Origin: Vicugna vicugna
Lineage: Eukaryota
NCBI GenBank assembly: GCA_013265495.1
Contig: MU058636.1
Coordinates: 4,189,741 to 4,253,740 of the forward strand
Direction: 5' to 3'
DNA: 64,000 nucleotides
The translations under genes and the position numbers were made by a program. The notes beneath the pieces were generated by a model. That model saw nothing but the letters and a program-made list of their open reading frames with translations. It had not been told where the DNA came from and did no database searches. Shown here piece after piece: positions 13,696 through 26,904 of this stretch (the stretch's first letter is position 1; every line of letters starts with the position of its first letter).

Positions 13696-15355
13696 TCTGA
13701 TATATTCCTTAACTCCTTCTGTAAGCTTTTATTTCATTTTGTCAGCTCCAGGATATGTGCTCTCAAGAAAGGAAATCTGGGATCTGATTTTTGCTCTGCA
13801 TTTACTTTCTTGCTATTAGTCTTTGGTGCTTCTCCCTCTAATTACTTTTGAAAACATCATGTAACACATTTGGAAGAAGAATGTCAAAAGCTGTATAGTA
13901 TTGCTGAGAGAATTTTTTAAAAACCTCCAGAGAAAACATCTGACACACACAAAAATATCTTATGCCTCATTCACAGTAAGAAAAATAATTCCTTGACTCA
14001 CTCCCCACACGGCTCTCAATCCCCAAGTGTCAGGTCCCATGTATAGAATTAGTTCCCTGACTTCAGCTTCCACTCACCATTCTGACTGGAGTTTCCTGTT
14101 CGTTTCTAGGTTTTGAGCTGAGCTATGTATAAATACTTTTTACGTATTATATTCAGCATTTTTTTTCTAACCGTTGCCTCAGTTTAGTCAATTTTACTGA
14201 CCTCAAAGACCTGAAGTACTGGATCATTATCCATACCATTCCTAGGGAGGTTTGCTTCATTTAATATAAGGTGCAAAGGATTCATGACCATGGGAAAAAT
14301 AAGGCTGGAACAGAGGGAGACATGAGCCAGACTGTAGAGGAATTGGATGCTGTGTAGAGATATCTCTGGTAATTAATAGGGAATCATGGAATGATTGGTG
14401 AGGTGGTAATGGGATGATGATTCAGAAAGATAAAAAGGTATTATTATTTAATATAGACTATAGTGGAAAAGGTTAAAATACAGGAACAATGGTTAGGAGA
14501 TATTTGCCCAGGGATGAGGTGATGAGAAATTGAACTAGAAAGATGAAATGGATGGATGGAAAGAAAAGGAATGAAAGCAAGTGAATGAATCTTTTTTTGA
14601 GTCCCTGAGTTCTCACTCTGACCAGGAATATAAGACATGTGATTTGCTGATTGACTGGAAGACACAGTTGCCCAGTTGTAAGCAAGGTAGCAGGGACTGA
14701 GGCAGTGAGTACCGGGGATGAGGCAGAGATGTGGCAGGGATGGGACATGGGACGGTCAGCACAAAAGCTTCTGCCTGGTTGTAGAGATCTTAATTGTTTT
14801 AAGTCTCTCAACGTGAAGTCAGGGAGAGATGCAAAGCCTATGTGACCAATGACCAATGTGGCAGTCTGAAACAATCCAAAGTAAACAGCAAAAAAGTCAA
14901 TGACAGAGTACCTACCACATTTTAATCACCAACAGCAGGAGGAAAACAGATAACCTTCTATTTCAAATCTCAGAAATTACACTGACTTTTCTTAATGGTA
15001 GATGTAGAACAAAAGCTCAAAGTTACAGGGAGAAAATAATTTTAAAACAGCAGTTTTATTCTAAGATCAGTTATGTCTGGTATGATTCGTAGTAAATACA
15101 ATTAATGAACTATAATGAACTGTCTCCTACATGTTTTTCACTTTTTGCAATTACCCAAAACTTGTCTCCAAACAATGTTGTCCATGTAAATACAAAGGTT
15201 TATTTTACACTTTCATGCAATGTCTTGTCATAAGGCTATTTGTCATCGTAAGTCTTTACCACTTTTCACTGAACAAAAAGAAAGCAGGCACAAACACACT
15301 GGAGACTGCTTCTTCAACTGATTAGTTATGTCAGCAGAGCTCTTTGTTGAGTTTA

Positions 15356-15668
15356 TGGCCATTCCTCAGTATCTGCTGGCAATCAGTTCCAGAACGCCCA
15401 AGGACACCAAAATCCATGAGTGCTCAAGTCCCTTATATCAAATGGCATAATATTTCCATTTAATCGAAGTACAACCTCCAGTATACTTTAAATAGTCTCT
15501 AGATTTATAATTCCAAATACAATGTAAATGCTATGTAAATAGTTGCCCGCACACAGCAAATTCAAGTATTGCTTTTTTGGAACTTTCTGGAATTTTTTTC
15601 TTGAATATTTTTGATCCACGGTTAGTTGAATCTGTGAATGTGAAACTACGAATATGGACGGCCAACTG
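15356..15668 (+). mobile_element. MER2B-like DNA transposon
   Basis: cctcagtatctg...tgctcaagtcccttata...atggacggccaactg with TA on both flanks. Confidence 0.85.
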
Positions 15669-15689
15669 TACTAGACACTCTTCTTTCAG

Positions 15690-16171
15690 TTTTACTGAGG
15701 TTCAGTTTTTCAATCAGCACATAGAAGGATTTGCGTTTTCCATCAGAGCCCTTAGCATATTTATCACAGTTGTTTTAAATTCTTGATTTGATACATTCAA
15801 CATCTTTGGCATATCTGAGTGTGGTTCTAATGCTTTCTATGTCTCTTCAGGGTTTGTTCGTTTGTTTGTTTGTTTTTGCCTTTTAGTATGCTTTGAAAGC
15901 TGAGCATGATGTACTGGTAAAAAGAAGTGAGATACATAAGCCTATAGTGTGAGGTTTTATATTTACCTAGGTAGGACTTAGGCTGTGTTTACTGTTTGCT
16001 GTAGCTGTAGATGTATCAGAGGCTGAATTTTCCTGTGGAGTCACTTTTTATCTCTCCTATTGTCTTTTAATTTCCCTGTAGGTTTCTTCTTCAGTAAGAT
16101 GAGGCATACAGTTCTTTCCACTGTAATCCCCTGTTGCTACATAGCAGCCCTACTGATAGGGTATCGAGGTG
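15690..16171 (-). mobile_element. Old L1 5' region/ORF1 start (L1MD/L1MC-like)
   Basis: Reverse-complement homology to 63180-63520 (ggctgtgtttactgtttgctgtagctgtag vs ctacagctacagcaagtactaaacacagcc). Confidence 0.75.
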
Positions 16172-16173
16172 TA

Positions 16174-17169
16174 CAGGTATACCTTATCTTACGCACTTAG
16201 CCTTATTGCGCTTCCAGAGATCACATTTTTCACAAGTTAAAGTTTGTGTCAACCCTGTATCCAGTAAGTCTATGAGCATATTTTTTTCAATAGCATTTGC
16301 TCACTTTGTGTCTCTGTCACATTTTAGTAACTGTCACAATATTTCACACTTTTTCATTATTATTATGTTACAGTGATCTTTGATGCTACTACTGTAATTG
16401 TTTGGGGAGTCACAAACTGCACCCATATAAGCCAATGAACTTAATCAATAAATGTTGTGTATGTTCTGACTCCTCCATCAACCAGCTGTTCCCCCATCTC
16501 TCCGCCTTTCCTTGAGCCTCCCTATTCCCTGAGAAACAACAATATTGAAATTAGGCCAATTAATAACCCTACATGGGACCCTAAGTGTTGAAGTGAAAGG
16601 AAGAGTCACATGTCTTTCCACTTTAAATCAAAAGCTAGAAATGATTAAGCTTAGGGAGGAAGGCATGTTGAAAGCCAGATGGGCTGAAAGTTAGGTCTCA
16701 TGTGCCAACAGTTAGCCAAGCTCAGAATGCAAAGGAAAAGCACTTGAAGGAAATCAAAAGTGCTACTGCAGTGAACACATGAATGGTAAGAAAGAAAAAC
16801 AGCCTTATTGCTGATATGGAGGAAAGTTTTAGTAGTCTGAGTAGACCAAACCAGCCACAACATTCCCTTAAGCCAAAACGTAATCCAGAGCAAGGTCCTA
16901 ACTCTCTTCAGTTCTACGAAGGCTGAGAGGGGTGAGGAGCTGTATGAGGAAAGTCTGAAGCTAGCAGAGATTGGTTCATGTGGTTTAAGGAAAGAAGTCA
17001 TTTCTGTAACATGGAAGTGCAAGGCAAAGAAGCAAGTGCTTGTGTAGAAGCTGCAGTAAGTTACCTGGAAGATCTAGCCAAGATAATTAACAAAGGCGGC
17101 TACACTAAACGAAAGATTTTCAACGTAGATGAACAACCTTGTATTGGAAGATGCCTTCTGGGACTTTCA
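16174..17169 (+). mobile_element. Tigger1 5' ~1 kb with decayed pogo-like transposase N-terminus; 3' part deleted
   Basis: TA + caggtatacct TIR; ttaaatcaaaagctagaaatgattaagcttag; ORF 16978-17184 gives Tigger1-like peptide FKERSH...[18 protein letters not shown]...IFNVDE; frameshifts and stops. Confidence 0.93.
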
Positions 17170-17500
17170 ACTCCAAGTCTGTGATCCTGGAGTTTTAAAA
17201 TCTCAATCTTATCAACTTTGAACCTTTAGCAACTCATCATTTACAGGTTAAATCTTCCCGCCCTAGGACTGGCTCCAGTGGCGGTTTCTGCTACTGGGCT
17301 TCTACTTGAATAAGTTGTGATTCTCTGTATCAGCTTGTTTGTCCCTTCAAATTTGAGAACAGTGATTTTGCCCTATGAGCTCCTCCTCCTGTAGATCTAA
17401 GAGGAGTTGTTGATTTTCAGTTTCTTCAGCTTTTTTTCTTGTAGCAAGGATGGAAGGACCACTTCCAAGCTCCTTCCATGCTGGACTAGAAGCCAGAAGT
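17170..17500 (-). mobile_element. 5' terminus of the same old L1 (L1MD-like)
   Basis: Reverse-complement homology to 62412-62640 (acttccaagctc vs gagcttggaagt). Confidence 0.75.
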
Positions 17501-17864
17501 TTACCCTTCTACTTGTTTTTGAAAAACCACTTCTTAAGAGGCTGCCTAAAGTTAATCACTGCATGATGACACATCACATCTCAAACTAATAACTCATTAA
17601 TCATTTTAACTAGTATGTTAGAAATATTTGTTCTTTATTTTTTGGCAGTGGCAGCCATGAGGAATGTTTTGTTTTTTCTTTTTGAGAGGGTTTTCTCCTT
17701 GAGTAACAGTGAAACAAACTGACATTTGGCGAGTTATCAAAGGAGATCTGAGTTATTAACTGGCACCATATTTCTGATTTATTCCAAGAATGTTTTAGTG
17801 CCCACTGTATACTGCAAACAAATAAGAGATTGTTCTGTTTCTCATTATACTTAAACTTCAAATT

Positions 17865-18270
17865 CTTTACTATGTCTATAAGGCTCTTTGTTACCTGGAT
17901 CTTTCATTTTTTTTTTTACCACTCCTCTCCCATATTTAATACACTCTCTTCTTCGCTCATTGTGCTCTAAGAGTCAAACAGTCCAAACTCATTCTCAGTC
18001 TAAGACTTCTGCACTTAGGACCTCTGTCTGGAATGCTCAGTCCATAGATCCCCCATGACTGGTGCCTTCTCAAAACCTACATCTCAAGTTAACAGTCATC
18101 CCCCCAGGGAAGACTTAGTCGTCTTCTTTCAGAATTCTGTCTTATTTGAAATACTCAGTATCAGCACTGTCTCCCCATTTCTCTTCCAGGTGGGCTCCAC
18201 TCTGTTTGTCTGCTTTACATTCCCCCACAGCTCATAACACTCTTGAGATTGTTTATAAATATCTCTGTTA
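17865..18270 (+). mobile_element. L2 fragment
   Basis: cttcgctcattgtgctc, cttctgcacttagg..ctctgtctggaatgctc. Confidence 0.6.
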
Positions 18271-18539
18271 ATTTTCTGTCTCACCAATATATTGCAAATA
18301 GCGTAAGCAATCCAAATTGTCTTCCTTCTACTCTGTGTCCACTCTTGGCAGGCTTCATTTCCAAAAACATATTCAAGAAAGAGACAGAGAATACTAAGCT
18401 TACCCAACCCTCCCATCCTCCAAAATGCTTCCCATTGTCCAGTGGGGCTAAATCAGGAGCAGACACATTGACACTGAATTAAAAAAATATACACCCCTGC
18501 AACCTGCTCCAAGGAAGATAAAATGGCAGAATACAAATG

Positions 18540-19010
18540 GTAGTTACTTAACTGTCTTCCTAGTATCCATCCTCTACTCCATCTTGCCAAGATAACTTTG
18601 CTTTGTTCGGGGAGATAATATGTACATCACTAGATGATGAATCATGATTGATCTAAAGCTAGTGTGACGATCCTATTTTCTACTTTTCCAGCCTCCTTTG
18701 CAGCCAAAGGTGATCACGTTACACAGTTATAACCAAGGACACTTGTGTAGAAGTCAGCTGATGTTCCTGGGGTGGCATCTGAGTTCTGTTTAGAGTGAAA
18801 ACAGCCAACTGACATCGTTTTTCTCCTACACCCCCTTTTCTGCCTTGCAGGAGCAGCAGCAGTTATTTTAATATTAATGAGGTAACAAGCCTGAGGTCAA
18901 AGCTCGCACACTGAGGGTGCTGAAAAGGCAGGTGGAAAGGGCCTAGGTCTCTGAAGGTATCACTCAACAGCTGAACAAACCTCAACACTCACTCACTCCG
19001 AGTCGTTACG
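18540..19010 (+). mobile_element. Old MaLR LTR (MLT1J/K-like)
   Basis: ttttccagcctcctttgcagcc...atgaatcatgattg...gggcctaggtctctga. Confidence 0.5.
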
Positions 19011-19039
19011 TTACACATGTAAGGTATTCTTCTACTTAC

Positions 19040-19124
19040 CTCCATATATTCAGAGATGATAGTGCGTGATTCTATGAAGCAATGTGCTGCAAGTGGGTTT
19101 CAAGCAATAAAATGTGGAAAATGA
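19040..19124 (-). ncRNA. Candidate non-coding exon (85 nt)
   Basis: Minus-strand acceptor tctatcttctcttcAG and donor gag|GTAAGT; stops in all frames. Confidence 0.4.
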
Positions 19125-19887
19125 CTGAAGAGAAGATAGATCAATGATGGAAGAGGATCCAAGCATTCAGTTGGAAAGCAACAACCCTAACTGTGCAATG
19201 TGGAAACATCTAGCCTATCATCTGTTGAATCTTGGTACACAGACTCTTTGCCAGTCTAGACTAAAAGTATTACAGGAAACGTTTGGAAAACATAAGGTGT
19301 TACACAGCACTTTCTCTGATTCTTAAAATCACGGACCCCACCTATTTTAACTGAATTAGTGAATGAAGAATATATAAAATTATATAAACTGTAGACAACA
19401 AAATTAATTATTACCAGATTGGAAACACTATTTGCTATGTAAATTCTAAAGTTTAACTTATAAATCAGCTTACAAAGAAACTGCCTCCTGGAATGGCTTG
19501 GATTAGTAAATTAGTGTTTTTAGTTCTTCAGTAAGCTGGTAATTGCTTATTTAATTATTGATATCCAATGAGAATATTGATGTTAAGTCTCTACCAAATA
19601 TTGGACAGTCAAATATGTTAATTTAGTGGTTCATTAGCATTTTAGAAATGTGAGTCTCAGGAAAGAATAATTCATCTTTTCTGTATTCTGAGATCAGTGA
19701 GCATGGCAAAAGAGCCAAATCATCTCACTTGCTTGCTTCTTTGTCACCAGACACGTCTCAAAAATGTACCTCTCACAAGAGGCAGAGAAGACAATTTCAG
19801 TGCAGAACCACCTCCTCTACCCGCTGGTACGTGGAGCACAGGCTCGGAGAGTCTCTGCCGCCGAGGCATGCTGGGCGAATGGCTCAC

Positions 19888-19964
19888 CTCGGTGACCCAC
19901 GGCGTAAGGTTTGGGGAAACAAGGCCCAGAGCACAACATGGGCATGGAGCTTCTCCCCAGAAGC
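19888..19964 (-). ncRNA. Candidate exon (77 nt), probably non-coding
   Basis: Minus-strand acceptor ggatttgccctacAG and donor gag|GTGAGC; locally GC/CpG-rich; all three frames open but no recognisable peptide. Confidence 0.35.
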
Positions 19965-21639
19965 CTGTAGGGCAAATCCATGAATAAATAGAAACCAAAT
20001 GCTCTGATGCTCACCAGCCTCAAAGGAAAATGAATATTCAACCTTAAACCAAAAAGTCAACAAAACAGAAATTCATCAGGATTTGTTCTATTTCCAACTG
20101 GTTGCTCTTAACCAAGACAACTTAGTCTGTCTACTTTGTCCTTGTGTTTGAATAAGTCCCATACCAGGCATTTATTACAATGGGAACTGGATTAAAATGC
20201 TACTGTACTTTTCTGTTCTCATTTGCATGGAAATTATTTGTTTTGTTTCATTTCGTTTTAAATTGAGTAGTGATTTGAATCATGGGACCAAAGGAAGGTC
20301 AGAGACAATTCTTAAGAAATTGAGGGAAGAAAGTAATTCCGAACCAAAGTTGCTCACAATTGCACACTTCTAAATTTCAGTACATTCTGCAGAATACTGC
20401 GTCAGTTATGGCCAGAGGATATTTTTCCTTGACCCTTTTAACAACTTCATTTGTCCTTTACCCAACTTAGCTAGTAGCTGAGCAGAAACTCTTACCCATT
20501 TTCAGAATGAAATAGAAACATCTTGACTAGGGGGTGGGCCTTTTCTGGGCAGGAAGTAACCTGGCTGTACTTCAGATCAGGCTGATCACAGAAACAGAAC
20601 AGAGACTGACGGCATGGTGCCAAGCAGATTATCCAAGCTGAGGATCCTGTTAGAACAGCTGGGATTCCAGTAGCTAACGACACTAAACGTGATCCCCTCA
20701 GAGTCAAGGAAACACTTAAGATGAGCAAGAAATGCTGAAGAAGTCTCATGGGACCATTTTTAACGGAAGGCGATTATGAGCACGTTGCAATACCTATTAA
20801 AGAAAAAGAGTATGAGTGCCTTATAACTGGAATTTTAAATAGAGCCTGAGTTTTCCATAAGGCAGAAAGGTAGAGAACGGAAAAATAATATGAGTGAGAT
20901 AGTATTTTGACATCACTATGTAGATTTTTCCCCTTTATTTTCCCTCTGTCCTCTCAATTTCCAGAGACCTGACTCTGGGTTTATGGCTCCATTCAGGTGA
21001 TGGGGTCAGGTGGAGAACTAGGATTGCCTAGTAAACATGTTTCCTCTTGGCCTGTACTTCCAAAAACCTAAGCTCAAAAGGAGGAGAGGATTCATGCATA
21101 TAGGAGGAAACATTTTGGAGAAGTGAAAGTGGATGTGGGGACCCCCACTCCAAGCCTGGTAGATTCTCCCTGAGGTGAGGGGAAGAGAGATAAAGACATC
21201 TGGGGGTCCAGAGAGCAGAGGGGTTTTGGACTCTGTTTCTCAGTAATTTGTTTAGAAAATATGCCTCTACTCTGGAGGGAATGCTGCACAGTATGTCTAG
21301 CAAGATGGGAACAGGCATCCAGAATGGTGCAAAAGTAACAGGAGGCCTTTGCAGTCAGGAGCAACGGAGTCTGTGGGATAATGACCAATGACCAAGGTGT
21401 CCCCTGCCCCCAGTGCTCTGGTGCTGCACTAGAATCACAGCCATGGCAGAACCCAAGGGGAGGGCAGGAAGCACTGGGAACACCTGGGATTACATTAAGA
21501 GATTAGAAATTAATCTTCATGTAAAAAAAGTTAAGTTTTCTCTCACTTATAAGTCTTTGTTTGTTTGTTTGTTGTACTGGTTTTATATCCATCAAACTGT
21601 CCCTCACTGGGTCCCTGCAACACACACCCTCCCCTCTAA

Positions 21640-21947
21640 CCCCAAGGTAACCAATATTCCGATTTCTTACGCCATAAATCAGTTTGGACTTTCAAAGACT
21701 TTCTTAAATGGCATCATAGCATCTGTTCTCTTCAATGTGTGGCATCTACTCTACAGCATAATGTTTTTGAGTTTCACCTAGCTGCTACGCATATCAGAAC
21801 TTTGCAGGTTTTATAACTAAGTGGAATTCCACTGCAATAATATACAACAATTTGTTTGCCCATTCTGTTGATGATCATTTGGGTTATTTCCTGTTTGTGG
21901 CTTCAAAGAATAAAGTGCTTTTGCAGATTTTTGTACATGTCTTTTGT
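21640..21947 (-). mobile_element. L1ME-like 3' end
   Basis: aggtaaccaatattc, aaatggcatcatag, cattctgttgatgatcatttgggttatttcc. Confidence 0.7.
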
Positions 21948-22164
21948 TAAAAAATACAATTTTAAATAAGTGTTATATTAAAAAAAACTACAATGAATGA
22001 TGAAAGACAAACTTAGAATTGAATTACACTGCATTACAGAAAATTTGTGGGAATGCAATAAAAACAGTGCTTTGAAGAAAACTGATAGCCTAATATGCCA
22101 TAATTTATCATGTATATCCATAAAAGAAAGATACAGGCTAAAAAATAAATGATTAGAGACTTAG

Positions 22165-22650
22165 TGCTGGCCAGGAGGGAGTAGCACGTAACTTACTCTT
22201 CTGCTGTAAACAACTATAAACCTGTACAAACATATGAAGGAACTGTTTTCAGAAAATGGACAACAGGCAGCACAAGGTTATGATCTTTGAGAAAAATAAA
22301 CACACAAAGTGAGCTCAACACTCATGCTGGCCTTCTGTCCGGGGCACTCTCCAACTGCAGCACAGAGACATGGTACCCACAGCAGCAGTCCATGGCAAGG
22401 CAGTATACACAGGTCTGAGTCAGTGCTGCTAAGGTAGCAGGAATTTGTGGGAAGGCTACTGGAAGATGTGAATCACACAAGTAAAGAGCCCCAGAAAATT
22501 ACACTGAAATGTCCTTGAGATTTCGAGCAAATACTGAGCTAGGTATGGGCAGAGTGAGACTCTGCGAGGCTTTAGCAGAGATGGCTACTGGGGTAAGAGG
22601 AGGGTGGGGTTCTGGTGGTGGCACAATGTCGGGAGACGCTGGAATTCTGA
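22165..22650 (+). mobile_element. L1ME-type 5' UTR fragment
   Basis: aaacaactataaacctgtacaaacatatgaaggaactgttttcag...ggacaacaggcagcac. Confidence 0.55.
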
Positions 22651-22699
22651 GTTGGTTGTTAATGTTTTTTAACCACCCTTGTAATTCTATGGAGACAAC

Positions 22700-23640
22700 A
22701 CTTGTTAGGATTTACCTAAATGTTCACCATTTTACTGTCTAGTCTGTCTTGCATCCCCAACTGTCCTTTTGGAATAATGTTTCTTCTCTTTAAAGGTAAT
22801 AAGTTAAAAGTTCTTTTGAAATAAGTCTCTTGGTAGTAGACATCCCCATTTACAAATACTCTAAATTTATAAATATTTCATTTTGCTTTTATTCCTGCGT
22901 AAGTTTTGTGGGACGCTGGGTTCTAGATTGAATTATTTATTGAATTATTATTCCATTGTACTTTAAGTTCCATATCTGCTGCTGAGAAGTCTGCTCTCAT
23001 TCTTCCATAGTCTGTCCTTTCTCTGTAACAATTCTTAACATCGCTTTTCCTTTGGCATTTTATAGCTCCTCTACAGTATTTCCAGGTGTGGACTTCTCTT
23101 TACTGTCCTACTTGAGATACACTATACTTCCTGGTTCCTCTTTGATTCATGCAGTGTTTAAGTTTTGCAAAATTTACAGTCATTTTCACTTAAAATATTT
23201 CCTCTCCACTCTTCTCCCATTATTCCCAAGATCCCAATCATTTATATAGTAGACCTTTTCATTTAATCCTCTTTGTCCATTAATCTCTTTCATATTTTCC
23301 TTCTTGTTATCTCTCTACCGTTAAGTGTCAGTTAGCTTCTTCAGATATATCTTTTCTTTGGCTGTATCTAATCTGCTGCCGAACTCTTCCATTGTGTTTT
23401 GACATCAACAATTGTATTTTTCATTTCCTAAAGTTTTACTTCATGCTTTTCAAGTTTCTCTATTAAGTACTCACACTTCTTTATTATAATTGTAACCTTT
23501 ATATCTTTATGCAACTCATAGCAATTATTCTGGATTCTGTATCTGACTGCTCTAGTATCCACAGACTTAGAGAACCTAAATTGGCTGCTTACTGATTCTG
23601 TAATTTCCACCCATAGTTTGTCTTCTCATGGATGTCTTCT
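22700..23640 (-). mobile_element. HAL1/L1ME ORF1-like remnant
   Basis: gctgagaagtctgct, ttggctgtatctaatctgctg, T-rich antisense strand. Confidence 0.55.
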
Positions 23641-23800
23641 CATCCCTGAATTTAGTCTTTTAGGCCAAAGTAGAGAGATTTTATTCATACAGGAGACTAT
23701 TTCTTCTTCTGAAGGTAGTTCCCTACCCTCTGGCCCCACACTATCCCAGTGCCCCTGTTGGGAAGAGACACAGTAATTCTTCTACCAAGTGATGCACTGA

Positions 23801-25200
23801 CATTCATTCAACAAATATTTATTAACACGCATAACGTGCCTGGCATAGCTCTAGGTGCTTAGGATATAACATAAGAAAACTGCTAAGTTTAGGCCAAATG
23901 TTAAGTGCTTTGGGAAAAATTAAAGCAGTACAAGAGGACAGGATGTGCTTGTGCTTGGGGAAACGTTCTGCAATTTTGAATAGGATGGTCAGGGAAGCCA
24001 CTGTAAGAATGTGGACTTTTACTTTGCTTAAGATGGGAAGGCACTAGAAGTTTTGAGCAGGATAGTGACATGATCTGACTTAGGATCTAACAGGATCACT
24101 CTGGGTTCTCTGTTAAGAGTAACTAGTGGAAAGCGCAAAGGGGTAAAGCAGGCAGACCAGATAGAAGGCTACTGTGACAGTACAGGTGAGGGATGGTGGC
24201 ACTGACCGGAGTGACAACAGTGGTGCTCTCAGGAAGCAATCCGATTCTGGATACAATCAGAAGGCTGAGCCAACAAGATCTGCTGATGAACTGAAAGTGA
24301 TATGGGAGGGAAAAAGAAGATCCGAAGAGAGTTTTGAGGCTCTGAACAACTAGCACGATGGAGTTAACATTTCTTGAGAAGGCAAAGGCTGTTGGAGAAG
24401 CAGATATTGTTGTGGGGGTAGAGACAGGAAAGATAAATTTTGAATATGGTAAGTTTGAGAAATTTACTAGAGATCCAAGTGGAAATGTCAAGTAATTAGT
24501 CATATATATGAATTTGAAGTTCAGAGAGAGGTCTGGGCTGGAGATATGAATTGGGAGTCTTCAGTATGTAACAGTATTTAAACCTGAGAGACTAGACGCA
24601 ATTACCTTGAGACAGAATGCAGCTAGAGGGAGGAAAAAAAGAGATGTAAGGACCACACTCCTGCACAGTCCATAATTAAGAGGCTGAGAAGACGAGCAGG
24701 AGAAGGTAAAGGAGACCGAGATGGACACAACAGTAAGAGGAAACCCATGAGAAGCACAGGAAGCAAGTGGATCCAACAGGGGAGAGTAACTGGCTGGGAG
24801 GTCAAGCACCATGAAACCTGAGATTTAACCTGATTAAAGTGAGCTCAAGAGGGGATGGGAGAAGAGGAACTGGACAATGAGTTTAGATTATTTTTAAAAC
24901 ATCCTAGGCTTTAAAGGGGAGCAGAGAAATATAACAGTCCAGTGGAAAATGGCAGTCATGAGAGTTTTACTTTTTAAGATGGATGATACAATTGCATTTT
25001 GTATATCGACAAGACTGATCCAGCAGAGAAGGAGAGGCAAGAGAGAAGGGAGAATTTCTTAAGTGATGTGAGTAGAAAAGAGGAGATTTTAAAAGAGGTG
25101 ACTGGCCCCTATGTTCAGGGAAGAGTCAAAGCGAGGAACATGGTCAATTAATTCATAGTAACAGGAGGGAGAGTAGGGCATATAGGTGAAAGTATTGGAA
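23801..25200 (-). mobile_element. L2a 3' ~1.4 kb
   Basis: cattcattcaacaaatatttatt tail; gacatgatctgactta, agagaggtctgggctggagata, ccaagtggaaatgtcaagta. Confidence 0.85.
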
Positions 25201-25944
25201 GGTGTGGTGACGGATACTTGTCAAAGGTTTCTTTCCTCTTACTCCTTAGAGTAAAAGCAGCCTCAGAAGGAGGAACCACTTTTCTCCCAATTTTAAGGAC
25301 TATATAAAAGGACTGTATAAAAACTTGTACTCATTGGCCAGCTCAAAAGGGAATCTCCCAGGCTGGTTCTGTTAATATCAGAAAGTCTTAAACATAATGT
25401 AGATAGCTCTGCTGACTGGGAGAAGATGCCAGCTGTGAGAAAACACAGTGACAGTGGATGGTCACTTGATTAGCTGGCACCAGTGGTAAGAGAAGCTATT
25501 GAACAAATGCTGTGCTTTCATCAAGAAAGACGAGAGGGAACTGAAGTAGCACTGGGCAATACTTACTGTGGCTCATAAGATATCCTGGGAAGCAACATCA
25601 ATGAGCTGGTTATAAATAGTAATGCATCTCTTCTTTTCAATAAAACTTTAATCTGCTACCTTGTCATCAACACGTTTGTGAAAATGTATCATATGATTAG
25701 GATGTACTAAAGTATTTTTTCACTTAGGTTTTCTAGGTTGGCTTGATACAAAAGCAGCAATGTCTAAAAAAGTTAATTTTGGATATTTAGAGTGCTGCGA
25801 CATCTCCAATAAAAATGAGACACAGGATTTTAATCTGCTGTGAAAATAAGCACAGATCAATTTCATCAGCATTAATAACGTTTTAAAAATCTTAATTCAT
25901 AATTTTCCTAATGTAGCATTTTATTTCAGATTATATTGGTGCTT

Positions 25945-26356
25945 TAATTAGAGATTTAAATTCTCCTTGGGAGGTAATTCAAACATGACTGAATTATTTC
26001 TACCCTTGTTTCCCCTTGTCTCACTCATTTTACTGACTGCGAGGCTTTGTGTTAACACTAAGTAATGGCTAAAGCAGAGTTGTGAACTGCCTCCCGGAGT
26101 GGTGAAGAGATGCCCAAGCACACGTAAGGGCCGCACAGTAAGGCTGGTAGACGTACTGGATCAAAATATTTAAGGTAATCTCTATCTGATTATCACTGGA
26201 TCACCAGGCTACCCAAGCAGAGACATCACAGGACAGAATAAAGACTAAAGAATTAGTCCAGGTCACTAAACAAACAAATGGCAACAACAAGCCCGAGGAG
26301 GGAAGGACTCTAATTTCCCAAAGTGTCACATTGTATCACTTAAAATATACAGTTTG
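25945..26356 (+). mobile_element. L1M4/L1MB-type 5' region fragment
   Basis: gaattagtccaggtcactaaacaaacaaa...tttcccaaagtgtcacattg. Confidence 0.55.
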
Positions 26357-26624
26357 AACTGGTTTTGTATCCTTTTTTTCTTATATCGTAATAATAATGC
26401 CTTATTAATTCATTTCAAAAGTAACATATGCTCATGATAAAAACTTCAATCAGTACCAAAGGATGTAAAAGCCTGCTTTATCCTGCCCCATTTCCACATC
26501 CCAGACATAAATTCTGTTTACAGTCTGTTGTGTGTTACTCCAGAAAGTTTTTATTTAATCTACCTACTTATACTAACCTATATCTAGTTCATTCTCTATC
26601 TTCTCCCCCCTTTTTCTCAAATGG

Positions 26625-26626
<2 letters not shown>

Positions 26627-26662
<36 letters not shown>
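26627..26662. repeat. (AT)18 microsatellite
   Basis: Direct read. Confidence 0.97.
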
Positions 26663-26664
<2 letters not shown>

Positions 26665-26904
26665 CTTTATAGTTCTGTATAATTCAGCCTCCATTTTTCA
26701 ATTAACAGCATTTTGAACACCTCTAAATAAAAACATACTTTCTCTTAACTGCTAATTTTTGAAATTATAAATTAATAATTTGCTTAACCAGTTCTCAATT
26801 GATGGCCATTAAGATAACTGTCATTGTAGATTTTTGCTGCCATGAGCTTCTTGGCACATATGTTATGTCCTGTTGAGAGTAAGTCTGAAGGGTTAAGTTT
26901 CTAG

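Noticed and set aside
16574..17184. Domesticated TIGD-like transposase gene
   Set aside because: Frameshifts and stops, and the catalytic DDE region is deleted; an ordinary Tigger1 fossil.
23620..25325. Small tandem duplications (gtcttctcat x2 at ~23620; aaggactatataa x2 at ~25295)
   Set aside because: Ordinary slippage-scale duplications with no functional signal.
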